DNA of 64,000 nucleotides from Eledone cirrhosa (Eukaryota). The first letter of the stretch is position 1, and the number at the start of each line of letters is the position of its first letter. The DNA is taken from positions 99,076,001 to 99,140,000 of the forward strand of contig OZ024743.1 in assembly GCA_964016885.1 (NCBI GenBank), in the 5' to 3' direction. The notes under the pieces are model-generated. The model ran no database searches. It worked only from the letters and a program-made list of their open reading frames with translations, and was not told the DNA's origin. Shown piece by piece: positions 44,401-55,983 of the stretch. A program made the translations under genes and the position numbers.

Positions 44401-45139
44401 TTCCTCTTCTTTCTCCCTCAGTAAGACTAACACCTTTTCTCTACACTGCCACACCCTCCTCTTCTTTCTCCCTCAGTAGGACTGAGACCTTTTCTCTACA
44501 CTGCCACACCTTCCTCTTCTTTCTCCCTCAGTAGGACTAACACATTTTCTCTACACTGCCACCTTCCCCTTCTTTCTCCCTCAGTAGGACTGACACCTTT
44601 TCTCTACACTGCCACCTTCCCCTTCTTTCTCCCTCAGTAGGACTGACACATTTTCTCTACACTGCCACCTTCCCCTTCTTTCTCCCTCAGTAGGACTGAC
44701 ACCTTTTCTCTACACTGCCACACCTTCCTCTTTTTTCTCCCTCAGTAGGACTGACACCTTTTCTCTACACTGCCACACCTTCTTCTTCTTTCTCCCTCAG
44801 TAGGACTGACACCTTTTCTCTACACTGCCACACCTTCCTCTTCTTTCTCCCTCAGTAGGACTGACACCTTTTCTCTACACTGCCACACCTTCCTCTTCTT
44901 TCTCCCTCAGTAGGACTGACACCTTTTCTCTACACTGCCACACCTTCCTCTTCTTTCTCCCTCAGTAGGACTGACACCTTTTCTCTACACTGCCACACCT
45001 TCCTCTTCTTTCTCCCTCAGTAGGACTGACACCTTTTCTCTACACTGCCACACCTTCCTCTTCTTTCTCCCTCAGTAGGACTGACACCTTTTCTCTACAC
45101 TGCCACACCTTCCTCTTTTTTCTCCCTCAGTAGGACTGA
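38491..45139. repeat. 55-bp (with 53-bp variants) pyrimidine-rich minisatellite, about 120 units
   Basis: CAGTAGGACTGACACCTTTTCTCTACACTGCCACACCTTCCTCTTCTTTCTCCCT periodicity. Confidence 0.98.
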
Positions 45140-45219
45140 ACCTCAAACCAAGAGGTTGTGAAGCAAACTCCTTAGTCACACAAACATGTTTGCACACATA
45201 TAATATATATATATATGTT

Positions 45220-45345
45220 TATCCTGGGTTCAATCGGAGGTAACCACAGTAAGTAAGGTACTCAATACATAGCAGAGTATAAATATTTAATATAGGAATG
45301 GCTTCTACAGGACTAGAACTGTTTCATTTGGGAGAAATCAGAACC
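45220..45345 (-). mobile_element. Penelope-like pLTR end (family P2) with a damaged hammerhead core
   Basis: Homologous to 51527-51673 and 52030-52127; CTGATGA reduced to CTGA. Confidence 0.6.
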
Positions 45346-45367
45346 CGGGATAAAGACACACACACAC

Positions 45368-45398
<31 letters not shown>

Positions 45399-45429
45399 TA
45401 TATAAATGTATATGTATATATATATATAT

Positions 45430-45497
<68 letters not shown>

Positions 45498-45522
45498 CTG
45501 TATATGTGTATATATATATATA

Positions 45523-46097
45523 TAATACGGGATGTTTGTTTACAAACACATCGACCATTATAATAAATGTTTGGTGAATCCATACGTACATATATATATG
45601 TGTGCATGTATGTGTATATATATATACATACTACTGTACGTCTGTATACATATATGTATGTACGCGTACATACTTATATTTATGTAACAGCCGTACTAAG
45701 AGTGGGAAATGAAATTTCGTTTAATTTTTTCTGCTTATCGTTTTCGGTGCACCCGGCTGATTAACCCACTCGATATGCAAATTGGGCTACTCAGCCGTTA
45801 ATATGCATAAGGAAAGTATATACTTTCGGACGTTCAACTATTTGGCAGGAAGGTATATATTGCTGACGATAGCTAACAAGCTTGAAACTAGTACAGCGTT
45901 CCTTTGTCAGTGTTGAACAAATGAGCAATGGTGGTTGCTAGACACTACGCCTTAATACGGGATGTTTGTTTACAAACACACCGAGCATTATAATAAATGT
46001 TTGGTGAATCCATATGTACATATATATATGTGTGCATGTATGTATATATATACATACTACTGTACATCTGTATACATATATGTATGTACGTATACAT
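45523..46097 (+). mobile_element. 430-bp unit with about 145-bp direct terminal redundancy and one hammerhead (retrozyme-like or partial-tandem pLTR)
   Basis: 45523-45671 is repeated at 45953-46097; no meaningful ORF. Confidence 0.7.
45860..45896 (+). ncRNA. Minimal type I hammerhead ribozyme (family H4)
   Basis: TTG-CTGACGA-T-AGCT(aaca)AGCT-T-GAAA-CTAG-TA-CAG; palindromic stem III ACTAGT; GUA cleavage after 45893. Confidence 0.75.
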
Positions 46098-47277
46098 AGA
46101 GAAGAAATTCCAAACTTGAAAGCAGGGACTAGAAAGAAAGGGTCTCAAAGTCAACATGACAAAGACGAACGTCCTTGTAAGTAGATGAGAAAACAGAACC
46201 CAGATCCCCTCAGGGAAATGGCCTTGCTCAGTATGTAGGAAAGGTGTAGGTAGGAACTCCATTCTCTGCCCCAAATGCAAACCATGGGTACACAAGAGAT
46301 GTAGCAGGATCTCAGGAAGCTTAATTAAGAATGTAGGCTTCACATGTAGCAGCTGTGCTGGGACAGCAAGCAGCAAACAGCCACAGGAAACAAGTACCAC
46401 CAATCTCTGGGAGGGCTCTGTAGAAACAGTAGACAGCTTCTGCTACCTAGGTGACCGAATTAGCAGTGGAGGTGGGTGTTCAGAAAGTACAATAACTAGG
46501 GTAAGAACGGGATGGAAGAAGTTCAGGGAACTGCTACCACTGCTAGCTGCAAAAGGCTTCTCCCTCAAAATGATAGACAGACTGTATGATGCGTGTATCC
46601 GAACAGCAATGTTACATGGTAGTGAGACCTGGGCGCTGAAGGTGGAAGACTTACGTAGATTAGAGAGAAACGAAGCCTGCATGCTCCGATGGATGTGTAA
46701 TAGTAATATACGCGAACGACAAAGCATAAATGAATGGAGAGAGAGAGACTGAGCATAAGAGGAATCAAATGGTGTGTGCAGGAGAGGCGGATGCGTTGGT
46801 ATGGACATGTGATACGTATGAAGGATGACAGCTGCATAAAAAGGTGCAGAGCAATAGAAGTCCACGGAAACAGCGGAGTGGGGAGACCCAAGATGACCTA
46901 GGATGAGGTGATAAAAGCCGACCTTACCCAATTACACCTCTCAAAGGCGATGACACACGACCGTGACCTCTGGCGTCACGCAGTAATACAGCGTACCCGA
47001 CGTCCCATGAGTACAAGCTGGAGCATATAGACAATATGCCCCCCACACCCTCCCACTGCAAGGTGGCCGTGGAGGTGCCACAGCAAAAAAGCACCCAGCC
47101 CACACTGTAAATGAGGTTGGTGTTAGGAAGGGCATCCAGCTGTAGAAATCAAGCCAAATCAGTTCCTGTATGAGCAAGGCATGGTCAGCCGACCAGACAC
47201 TGCCCACAACAGGACAACCCGTCTAACCCATGCTAGCCTGGAAGAACGGACGTAAAATGGTGATGATGATGATGATG
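46097..47277 (+). mobile_element. 5'-truncated RTE LINE, family A
   Basis: Near-identical to the reverse complement of 32516-33663; contains stops; (GAT)n tail. Confidence 0.92.
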
Positions 47278-47302
47278 ACATACTTATATATATATATATA
47301 TA

Positions 47303-48082
47303 TCATCATCATCATCATCATCATCAACGTTTAACGTCCGTGTTCCACGCTTGCATGGATTTGGACGGGGGTAGTCCCACTTGAGGCAAGAGTGATTGTC
47401 TTGCTCGCATAGGACTGTCTGGCAGGTTTTCTACAGTTGGATGCCCTTCCTAACACCAACCACATTTACAGTGTGGGTCTGGGAGGTTTTTACCGTGTTG
47501 CCTACACGGCCACATTACAGCGTGGACTGTGTGTTTTTTTTGTCGTGACACCTACACGATCTCATTTGTTTCGGCCTGGATGGCGCGGCACCAACATAAC
47601 TTTACATAGAACGGGGTGGTGTGGATGGGGTGGGGGTGGTGGCGGGACGGGGTGTATTTTGTTAGAGATGCCTACTGGCAAGGCGGGTCTTCTCTGTTAC
47701 TGAGTACCGCCAAAGGTCTCGGTCCAGTGACATTGTCTTGGAGAGGTGTAAGTGTGTGAGGTCGGAGTTTATCAGCTCGTCCCAGGTTTTTCTAGGTCTG
47801 CCTATTCCGTGGCTACCATCTATCTTTATTGCCCTGCACTTTGTTATACAGCTATCAACTTTCATGCGCATCACGTGTCCATACCAACGTAGCCTTCTCT
47901 CGAGTAAACAACATCTGATCCCTCTTATCTCTAATTTTTTCCTTAGTTCGTTTATGCTTTGCCGTTCACGTATATTACTGTTACACATCCAGCGGAGCAT
48001 GCAAGCTTCGTTCCTTTCTAGTCTGCGTATATCCTCTGCACACAATGCCCAGGTCTCACTGCCATGCAACATTGCTGTTCGT
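47303..48082 (-). mobile_element. 5'-truncated RTE LINE, family B
   Basis: ORF 47662-48072; tail-to-tail with the family A copy across a TA run. Confidence 0.92.
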
Positions 48083-48151
48083 ATATATATATATATATAT
48101 GTGAGAGAATAAGCAATATTTGGTTTCTTCAGTTATCCATGTCTGGAGTAT

Positions 48152-48669
48152 ATCATCATCATCATCATCATTGTTTAACGTCCATCTTCCACGCTTGCAT
48201 GGGTTTGGACGGGAGTTTTCCCACCTGAGGCAAGATTGGTTGTCCTGCTCGTATAGGACTGTCTGGCGGGTTTTCTACGCCTGGATGCCCTTCCTAACAC
48301 CAACCACATTTACAGTGTGGACTGGGAGGTTTTTACCGTGTTACCTACACAGCCACATTACAGCGTGGACTGTGTGTTTTTTTGTCGTGACACTTACATG
48401 TCTGGCGGGTTTTCTACGGCTGGATGCTCTTCCCAACACCAACCACGTTTACAGTGTGTACTGGGAGGTTTTTACCGTGTTACCTACACGGCCACATTAC
48501 AGCGTGGACTGTGTGTTTTTTTGTCGTGACACTTACATGTCTGGCGGGTTTTCTACGGCTGGATGCCCTTCCTAACACCAACCACGTTTACAGTGTGGAC
48601 TGGGAGGTTTTTACCGTGTTACCTACACGGCCACATTACAGCGTGGACTGTGTGTTTTTTTTTGTCGTG
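48152..48669 (-). mobile_element. RTE family B 3' UTR with a triplicated block of about 139 bp
   Basis: TGTCTGGCGGGTTTTCTAC recurs near 48260, 48399 and 48538. Confidence 0.85.
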
Positions 48670-49404
48670 AGGAACAAGTATGACCCCGACGGCAGAGCTC
48701 AAGCTGTTTCGACGGCTAAATCTGGACTAAATAAGAATTTTTAGCCTAGTAAATAAATAGCCGAACTTCTCAGGGGGTAATTCCTTATATGGGAAGATAG
48801 TAATTGTCAAAAGGATTGGCAAAAAATTTGTTGAAAAGACAGATGATTCTATCATGGCATTTAGTGGGAGGTAGGGGTAGCTGAACTTGCTGGTAGAACA
48901 AAGAGGGAGTGGGGGAAACCCAGTCAAGCGTTGAAAGTGAAATCTATACAGCAGATTCTAAGGATAGTGTATAGAAGGTCGAGAAAAGTGTACTGGAGAA
49001 GGGGAGGGGGAGGGGTTGAAAAAATAGGTAAATCATAAGGGAGTAAACAAAAAAGCCATTATAAAAATGAGGAAATAAATATATAAAAAACAATTTCTGG
49101 TTACTACTCCATCCCCACAATCACCAAATCTCTCATTGGTATTGCTAAGCTATAGAAAAGTTTAATAAGTGGAGAAAAATACTAAATATGAGATTGTAGT
49201 GAAAGAATTTTATAAAGCCGGTCTTACGGAGGGTCTAACACCACTGCTATAGTTAGTTAGTAATCAGCCAATGCTATCTTACAATGGCAGGTTAATAAGT
49301 TGAGAACAAACATACTAAAATACTACTACAAAAATACTAATACAAAATATTAATTCAGAATACTAACACATAAATACTAATACAAGAATACCACATTTCC
49401 TTCG

Positions 49405-49448
<44 letters not shown>

Positions 49449-49584
49449 TGGCTAGTCTACGATTTCCCGCCTTCACTATACACCAATGTATTTACGGGTC
49501 ACTTTCACGACCTTTTAGACCTGTATTAGTTGGAGTGAGGTCATATATTTTGTCGTTCCTGGGGTTTTTAACCCTAGGACAGGA

Positions 49585-49674
49585 AAATGCTTCTCTGATG
49601 ATCGTTGCTTTTCCATTAATATCCTCGTGATATTTAATGTTTTGCACCGTGAAACTGTACAGTTAGGGCCATTT
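49585..49674 (+). ncRNA. Type I hammerhead motif with extended stem II (family H5)
   Basis: Stem I AAATGCTTCT/AGGGCCATTT; CTGATGA at 49595; long imperfect stem II; GAAA at 49651; palindromic stem III ACTGTACAGT; GUU triplet; TA runs flank the island. Confidence 0.6.
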
Positions 49675-49783
49675 GAATAGGTAAATATTTATATTATATT
49701 TTTTAATTTTGATTAATTTTAATTGTATATTAATTTTGATTTATTTTGAAAAATTGGTTGAATTTTACTTGTTCTGCTTATCT

Positions 49784-49853
<70 letters not shown>

Positions 49854-49957
49854 TTATATGTGTGATATATATATGTATATATATATATCACACAATGAAA
49901 GTGTGTTTAGAAATGATGAGTGAAATTTGAAATTTATGAGAAAGTTATATATATATA

Positions 49958-50092
49958 TGAGTTTCTATACAGTTTCTGTCTAATAAATTTCAGTCATGTG
50001 TCTATAGCAAAAAAATCACTTGCTCTAGGGGCCATGCAGTAGGACTGAACCTCAAATCAAGAGGTTGTGAAGCAAACTCCTTAGCCACACAC
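49958..50092 (-). mobile_element. Second SINE family (S2) fragment; related pieces at 45128-45190, 25793-25885 and 36240-36320
   Basis: Minus strand GGTTCAGTCC B-box-like head; shared body sequence. Confidence 0.6.
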
Positions 50093-50529
50093 CATCGAAT
50101 TTTTCAACTATAGAAAAATAGTCTACGTAATAGGGCATATAAGCCCCCTTAATCCTTTATCATTTACATTACTCTATATATACTATTGTATTTTCACGGT
50201 AAAGGCTTTATCTCACATAATATTGAATCTATGAGATTTTGATATTATTTATTTTGAGAACAATACCTTAACATCAGTATGAGTGGCCAGTTATGGCCGG
50301 TTTGAACAGAAAGAAGTGAGAGAATTTTAGCCGGATATATCCGGTTTAAATGCTAAACGGTTATTGGAAAAAATAGATGTTAGCACTTGAAAGACTCAAA
50401 CCTACACCTTCATCCTAGCCGGAAAAAACCCCCAACTTTCTAATATATATGAAAGCAAACATTTTAATATTTGTTAAGATTGACATACCAATATTTGACA
50501 AAACTTAAATTCATTTATTGTAAAAATTA

Positions 50530-50845
50530 TGTTTGTTCTATGCGTGTGTGTTTTCATTTTGTCCTTAATTGTAAGTTGTGATGCTGCTATTCCATTCATG
50601 TTTTCTATTTAATTTTGGTTGGAGTTCATTTATGTTTATTGCCTCTGTGATTTGTCTAAACATTGTGTCTTTTCTGTGTGTAGATTCTATTTTTATTTCT
50701 ATGTTCTCTAATTTGCCTTTATGTTCTATTATAGCATGTTGGTCGAGTATTGATGATTCTTTTTTATCTTGAAGTTCTCGCCAGTGTTCATTTAACCATT
50801 CTCCTATACTACCAGCTGTCTCACCTATGTACACTATATTCTTAT
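50530..50845 (-). pseudogene. Penelope-like GIY-YIG endonuclease C-terminal fragment (family P1)
   Basis: YIGET...LNEH...HA...H...RQITEAI.I...P.LN motif pattern. Confidence 0.85.
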
Positions 50846-50871
50846 CTTTACATATATATGAATATATAATA

Positions 50872-51067
50872 AATAATAATTGTTTCTACTTTAGGCACAA
50901 GGCCAGCAATTACCCAGTGCATTACTGGAACTTTATTTTATCGACCCCGTAAGGATGAAAGGCAAAGTAAACCTCAGCGGGATTTGAACTCAGACCGTAA
51001 AGGGACGTAACTATGCTGGAAAGCATGGCGGCTGACTCTCTACCAATACTGTCAATCCACCGCCCTT
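50872..51067 (-). mobile_element. SINE (family S1)
   Basis: B-box and core as in the other copies. Confidence 0.8.
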
Positions 51068-51299
51068 ATAATAAATAATAATACAACCAAAGTCTTAGGG
51101 AGAATTTATACCATTTTATTAGTATTATGTATGTTTCACCAAATGCAGAAAATATCTACAGACATGGATGATTAAAAAAATGCTGCAATCACTTTTGTCA
51201 GATACCAATATATGTCTTCTAGACATATCTCAACAAAGTTAATCTCTCAACTTATTAAACTTGTTTATATATATATATATATGTGTTTATATATATATA

Positions 51300-51673
51300 T
51301 AAATGGCTTCTACAGGAGAACTGTTTCATTTGAAGGAAATAATAATAATAATAATAATGAAATTATTGTACAGTGCTCAGGTGCACTACAACTAATCAAA
51401 GGTGCATGTATAGTACATAGAATAATATACAAATGTCAGGGAAGTGAATAGTGTATGAATCATGAAATACATGTGTGTGTGTATGGAGGGGGTATATCAG
51501 GTATAGTGTTGGTGAAATCATCAGGAATGAAACAGTTGTAGTCCTGTAGAAGCCATTTTTATATGGCTTCTACAGGACTACAACTGTAGAAGCCATTTTT
51601 ATATAAAAAAATTATACTCTGCTATGTATTGAGTACATTACTTACTGTGGTTACCTCCGATTAAACCAGGGAT
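51300..51673. mobile_element. Asymmetric palindromic P2 pLTR, interrupted by a LINE 3' end (51341-51513, minus) with a GAAAT duplication
   Basis: GAAAT at 51336 and 51514; removing the insert restores a minus-strand CTGATGA...GAAACAG...CTGTA motif. Confidence 0.7.
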
Positions 51674-51686
51674 GTATATATATATA

Positions 51687-52030
51687 CTAGCAGTGGTACC
51701 CGGCGTTGCACGGTATAAGGTATTTTGGAACGCGGGCTGCCAACAGAGCTAATCGTGGAAAAATTGCATGCCTGGGACAATATGTAAAGAAAATAAACCG
51801 AATACTCTGATGGTTGGATAATCTATAAGATTTTCCTCGATAAAGCAGGAAAAATGCAGGTTTTCACCTAATTCGGGCCCTAGGGGATCAAGAAAATGAA
51901 TTTTTTTTATGTGCATAATATGCCTTGAAATTTCGGGAAAATCGGCTAGACGTAACGCCTCAAAAAAGCCCTAAAAAGCTGAAAAAATGAAGTTTTTCAC
52001 CTAATGCGGGCCCTAGGGGATCAAAAAGAA
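51687..52030 (-). mobile_element. Helitron-type non-autonomous element, 3' part
   Basis: Minus strand ends CCGTGCAACGCCGGGTACCACTG-CTAG|T; shares CCTAATGCGG.CCCTAGGG with 56988-58066. Confidence 0.7.
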
Positions 52031-52082
52031 GGTACTCAATACATTCGTAGAGTATGAACATCTTTATTTTATATAGAATGTC

Positions 52083-52127
52083 TTCTACAGATCTAGGACT
52101 GTTTCGTTTGCATGAAATCATCAGGAA
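52083..52127 (-). ncRNA. Hammerhead-like motif (family H3) in a P2 pLTR fragment
   Basis: TTC-CTGATGA-TTTCATGCAAAC-GAAA-CAG(tcctagat)CTG-TA-GAA; stem II is weak. Confidence 0.5.
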
Positions 52128-52349
52128 CGTGTGATAAAGCTGGTTATGTATAGGTGTCTATTGGTTGGTAGTTGAGAAGGGTAATGGGGGTGGGATCAGT
52201 AGCATGGAGAGAGGGGCAGAGTACTCTTTCTCCTTCTATCTCCATTTCCCTTTTCTCCATCACCATCACATCCACCACCACTAACTACCAACCAATATTT
52301 CTGGTAAGCTAACTGCTCAGGTACCAAACCAAGTATTTCCATATCCCAG

Positions 52350-52760
52350 TGCACACATACAAACATATACATGCATACATAATGCCTCAGTGCACATATA
52401 CATACATACATACATACATACATACATACATACATACATACATACATACATACATACATACATACATACATACATACATAGATACATACATACATAGGTA
52501 CATACATAGATAGATAGATACATACATACATACATACATACATACATACATACATAATACATACATATATACATACATACATACATACATACCAAACATT
52601 CTTGTGATTCAAGGGATGACAATTTCTTTTCTTTTACAACCTTGCCACCAGGAAGGTGGCCAGTCAAAAAAATATACTCAAAATTAAGAGAAAGAGATAA
52701 CATACATAGATACAAACATAGATGCATACATAGATACATACATACTTAGATACATACATA
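52350..52760. repeat. (CATA)n/(GATA)n microsatellite
   Basis: Direct; resumes at 55927-55983 after the RLE element. Confidence 0.9.
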
Positions 52761-55700
52761 TGGGGATGAATATTTACGACGGATAAAAACCCCAACATTT
52801 TGGCAAATCGACGCCTGTTTATATGCCTTAGCAATGACAGTGAAGCATTATCTTGGTGATAGCAGAGATATTAACAAGAACAGAACACCACCAAAAATAC
52901 CATCATATATAACTAAAATAGAAAAAAAGAGTGCTGACCTACGAAAAAACATAGGACATGTGACAATGCTCCTTACATGCAAACAAACACAAAAAAAACC
53001 TCACTCCTCATCGACAAAGTGTGAAAAATAAAATAGAGACGATGTTTGGTAACAGTAGAACCAGAACTCTCCAATATAAGCTGATCACCCTCAAACAAGA
53101 ATTGAGAGCTGTTAGCGAAAAACGCCGATACCTGAAGAAGGTAGATGAGAGAAAAATGCTTAATAAAAGATTCAGACGAAACCAAACATCAGTCTATAGA
53201 GATATGAAGGGCAAAATAATAAGTGTCACTGAGGCCCCATCCCAGAAAGACATAGATTCCTTTTGGAGAAAAATATAGGGTGAAAAGAAGAATTTCAACC
53301 AAGATGCAGTGTGGCTAAGAGAAATCCGAAAGAACTATTGCTCCTACACTACAACAAAAACATATGAAATAAGTGAGGGTACCCTTGAGACTGTGATAGG
53401 AAAACTCCAAGATAAGAAAACACCAGGAAGAGATATGATTGTCGGCTACTGGTACAAAAAACTGATATTCTATCGGAGGTATCTTACTGACCTCTACCAA
53501 CAAGTTCTTAAGGGAGATACACTTATACCAGAATGGTTGACATTAGCACAAACGTTACTGGTCCCCAAGAACAAAGACACCCACTTGGAAAAAAACTACC
53601 GACCCATTGCATGCCAGAACCTGATATATAAGATGTATACAGCCTGCCTGAACCTATTCCTCCAAGATCACTGTGAAAATAATAACATCATCACAGATGA
53701 ACAAGCAGCTGGAAAGAAAAGGGTTTGGGGATGTGCTGAACAACTCCTAATCAACAAAACTGCGATGTCGGAGGTGCGACAACTTAGGAGGAATATGACT
53801 ACAATCTGGCTGGACTACAAGAAAGCTTTCGATTCTGTTCCCCACTCTTGGATGATAGAGGCCCTCCAACTTGCTAAAGTCCCAGATATTATTGTCAGAG
53901 CCATAGAGAGACTGTCTTCTTCTTGGGCTACTATCCTAAGGTTAAAGACAGAGAGGGAGGACTCTATTTTCACTGATAAAATAAAATATTGCAGGGGTAT
54001 ATTTCAGGGGGACAGTCTCTCTGTGATATTGTTCATCTTGTCATTAAACCCCTTGTCCTTTCTGCTCAAGAAATGTGAGGGATACATCATTGGCTCACAG
54101 GAGGACAGAAATACGAACCTAACCCATAACTTCTTTGTGGACGATCTGAAACTCTATGCCAAGAACATGGATGGGATGAAGAAAAATCTTGACCTGGTTA
54201 CAACGTTCTCAAAGGATATAGGAATGGAGTTTGGCCAGGATAAATGCTCATACATGACTGTAAAGCGGGGAAAAACAACAACCCAATCTAGCAACATTGT
54301 CATCAATTGTCTAACTGTTTCACCGATATCTGATGAGGACTGCTACAGATACCTGGGGATAGATGAGAACATATCCTATAATGGTATCTGTAATAAAGAA
54401 CGCGTAACCAGGGAATACTACACCCGATTAAGAAAGGTCTGGTCATCGGAACTCTCTGAGCAAAACAAAACAGTGGCTCACAATGTGTTTGCTGTGCCTG
54501 TCCTAACACCAACGTTTGGAATACTCAATTGGACGATAGACGAAATCCGAGCAGTTGATGTTGGAACTCGAAAAATACTAAACAACACCGGAAACTTCCA
54601 CATCAACAGTGACATAGACCGCCTTTACTTGAAACGTAAGCAGGGAGGCAGAGGCCTAACATCAGTCCAGACAACATTTGAATGTCGCATCATATCTCTC
54701 CGACAACATCTACAAACCTCGAAGCGTAGGAGCCCGCTTCTCGAGCAAGTCTATCTGCATGAAACAGATAAGATCATGAGAGTTGGGAAGGAACTCCTTG
54801 AGAGATATTCCCTGTGTGATAATCAAAAACTCACACCCAGGCATGTCGCTCAGCAGTATCGCAGTGAATCCATGGATGAAAAACTGCATGCCTATCAGCA
54901 AAAAATCATGCATGGATATGTTGCCAAGAAGCTCCAAAGTGAGAGTAATATAGATAAGGAAAGTAGTCTATCTTGGACCAACAACCGCTATATTGGCTCC
55001 CACTTTGAAGGATACGCTTTTGCAATCCAAGAACAGGAGATTAGCACGAAATACCTGATTCACAAAAGAGATAGGGATGCAGGCAAAACACCTAGATGTG
55101 ATAACAAGTGCAGACTCTGCAGAACTAACATCGAGGATATCACCCATGTCATCAGCAGCTGCCCAAAGATGTCATCGCGGTACTATCTGCCTATGAGGCA
55201 TGATGTAGTGGCCAAAACACTGTACAATGCAGTTCGTAAAAAAGATAGCCCCGATTATAAACACATTAAAAGCTACAACAATGTGGAAGACATCCATGTA
55301 CATAATATGAAAGAGTACTGGTGGAATGTTCCAGTAAAAACCCCAATAAAATGCAGGCATAACAGACCAGATATTATGATATGGGACAGGGAGAAGAAAA
55401 CATGCACAGTAGTGGAAATTAGCTGCCCAGCAGATGTCAATATAATATCAAAGATTAGTGAAAAGGAGAATATTTATGCAGAACTGATGAGAAATCTGCA
55501 GATACTCAACCCTGATTACACCTTCAGATTTAATCCTGTGATTATTGGGGCACTGGGATATGTTAGTAACTGCCTCAATACAAATCTTGAGAAGCTAGGC
55601 TTCACAGGAACAGAAAGAACACAACTAGTTAGGAAATTACAAGTACAATCCATTAATGGAACAGTAAAAATATGTAAAACATTCCAAAAATTTGCATCTA

Positions 55701-55927
55701 ATAACTGCATATACACATGTACAGATACAAAGCATATACACATGCACACATACAACTCAAAACATACACATCCACACATACAATAACATCTATATCTACA
55801 CATGCATGCATACATACATATCTACCTAGTTGATGTGTAAATTCCAATGAGAGTCTTGTGTCTATGTTAGAAACCAACTCTCTCTCTATTGGTAAAACTT
55901 TGTAAAATTATAAAACCAGAAGGATAT
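52761..55927 (+). mobile_element. R4/Dong-like non-LTR retrotransposon (RT plus restriction-like endonuclease), 5'-truncated
   Basis: Single long ORF, short 3' UTR, inserted in (CATA)n; frameshift near 53000-53030 and in-frame TAG at 53276. Confidence 0.9.
53309..55786 (+). pseudogene. 825-aa open remnant of the RT-RLE polyprotein
   Basis: NYRPIAC, WLDYKKAFDSVPH, GIFQGDSLS, FVDDLKLY, YLG, CCHC knuckle CRLC...H...C, RHD, RPD...VEIS. Confidence 0.93.
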
Positions 55928-55983
55928 ACATACATGCATAGATACATACATAGATGCATACATACGTAGATACATACATAGAT

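Noticed and set aside
50220-50364. piggyBac-like MITE ends (TTAACCCTTT-type; also near 17530 and 34915)
   Set aside because: Degenerate, and I could not pair the termini with confidence
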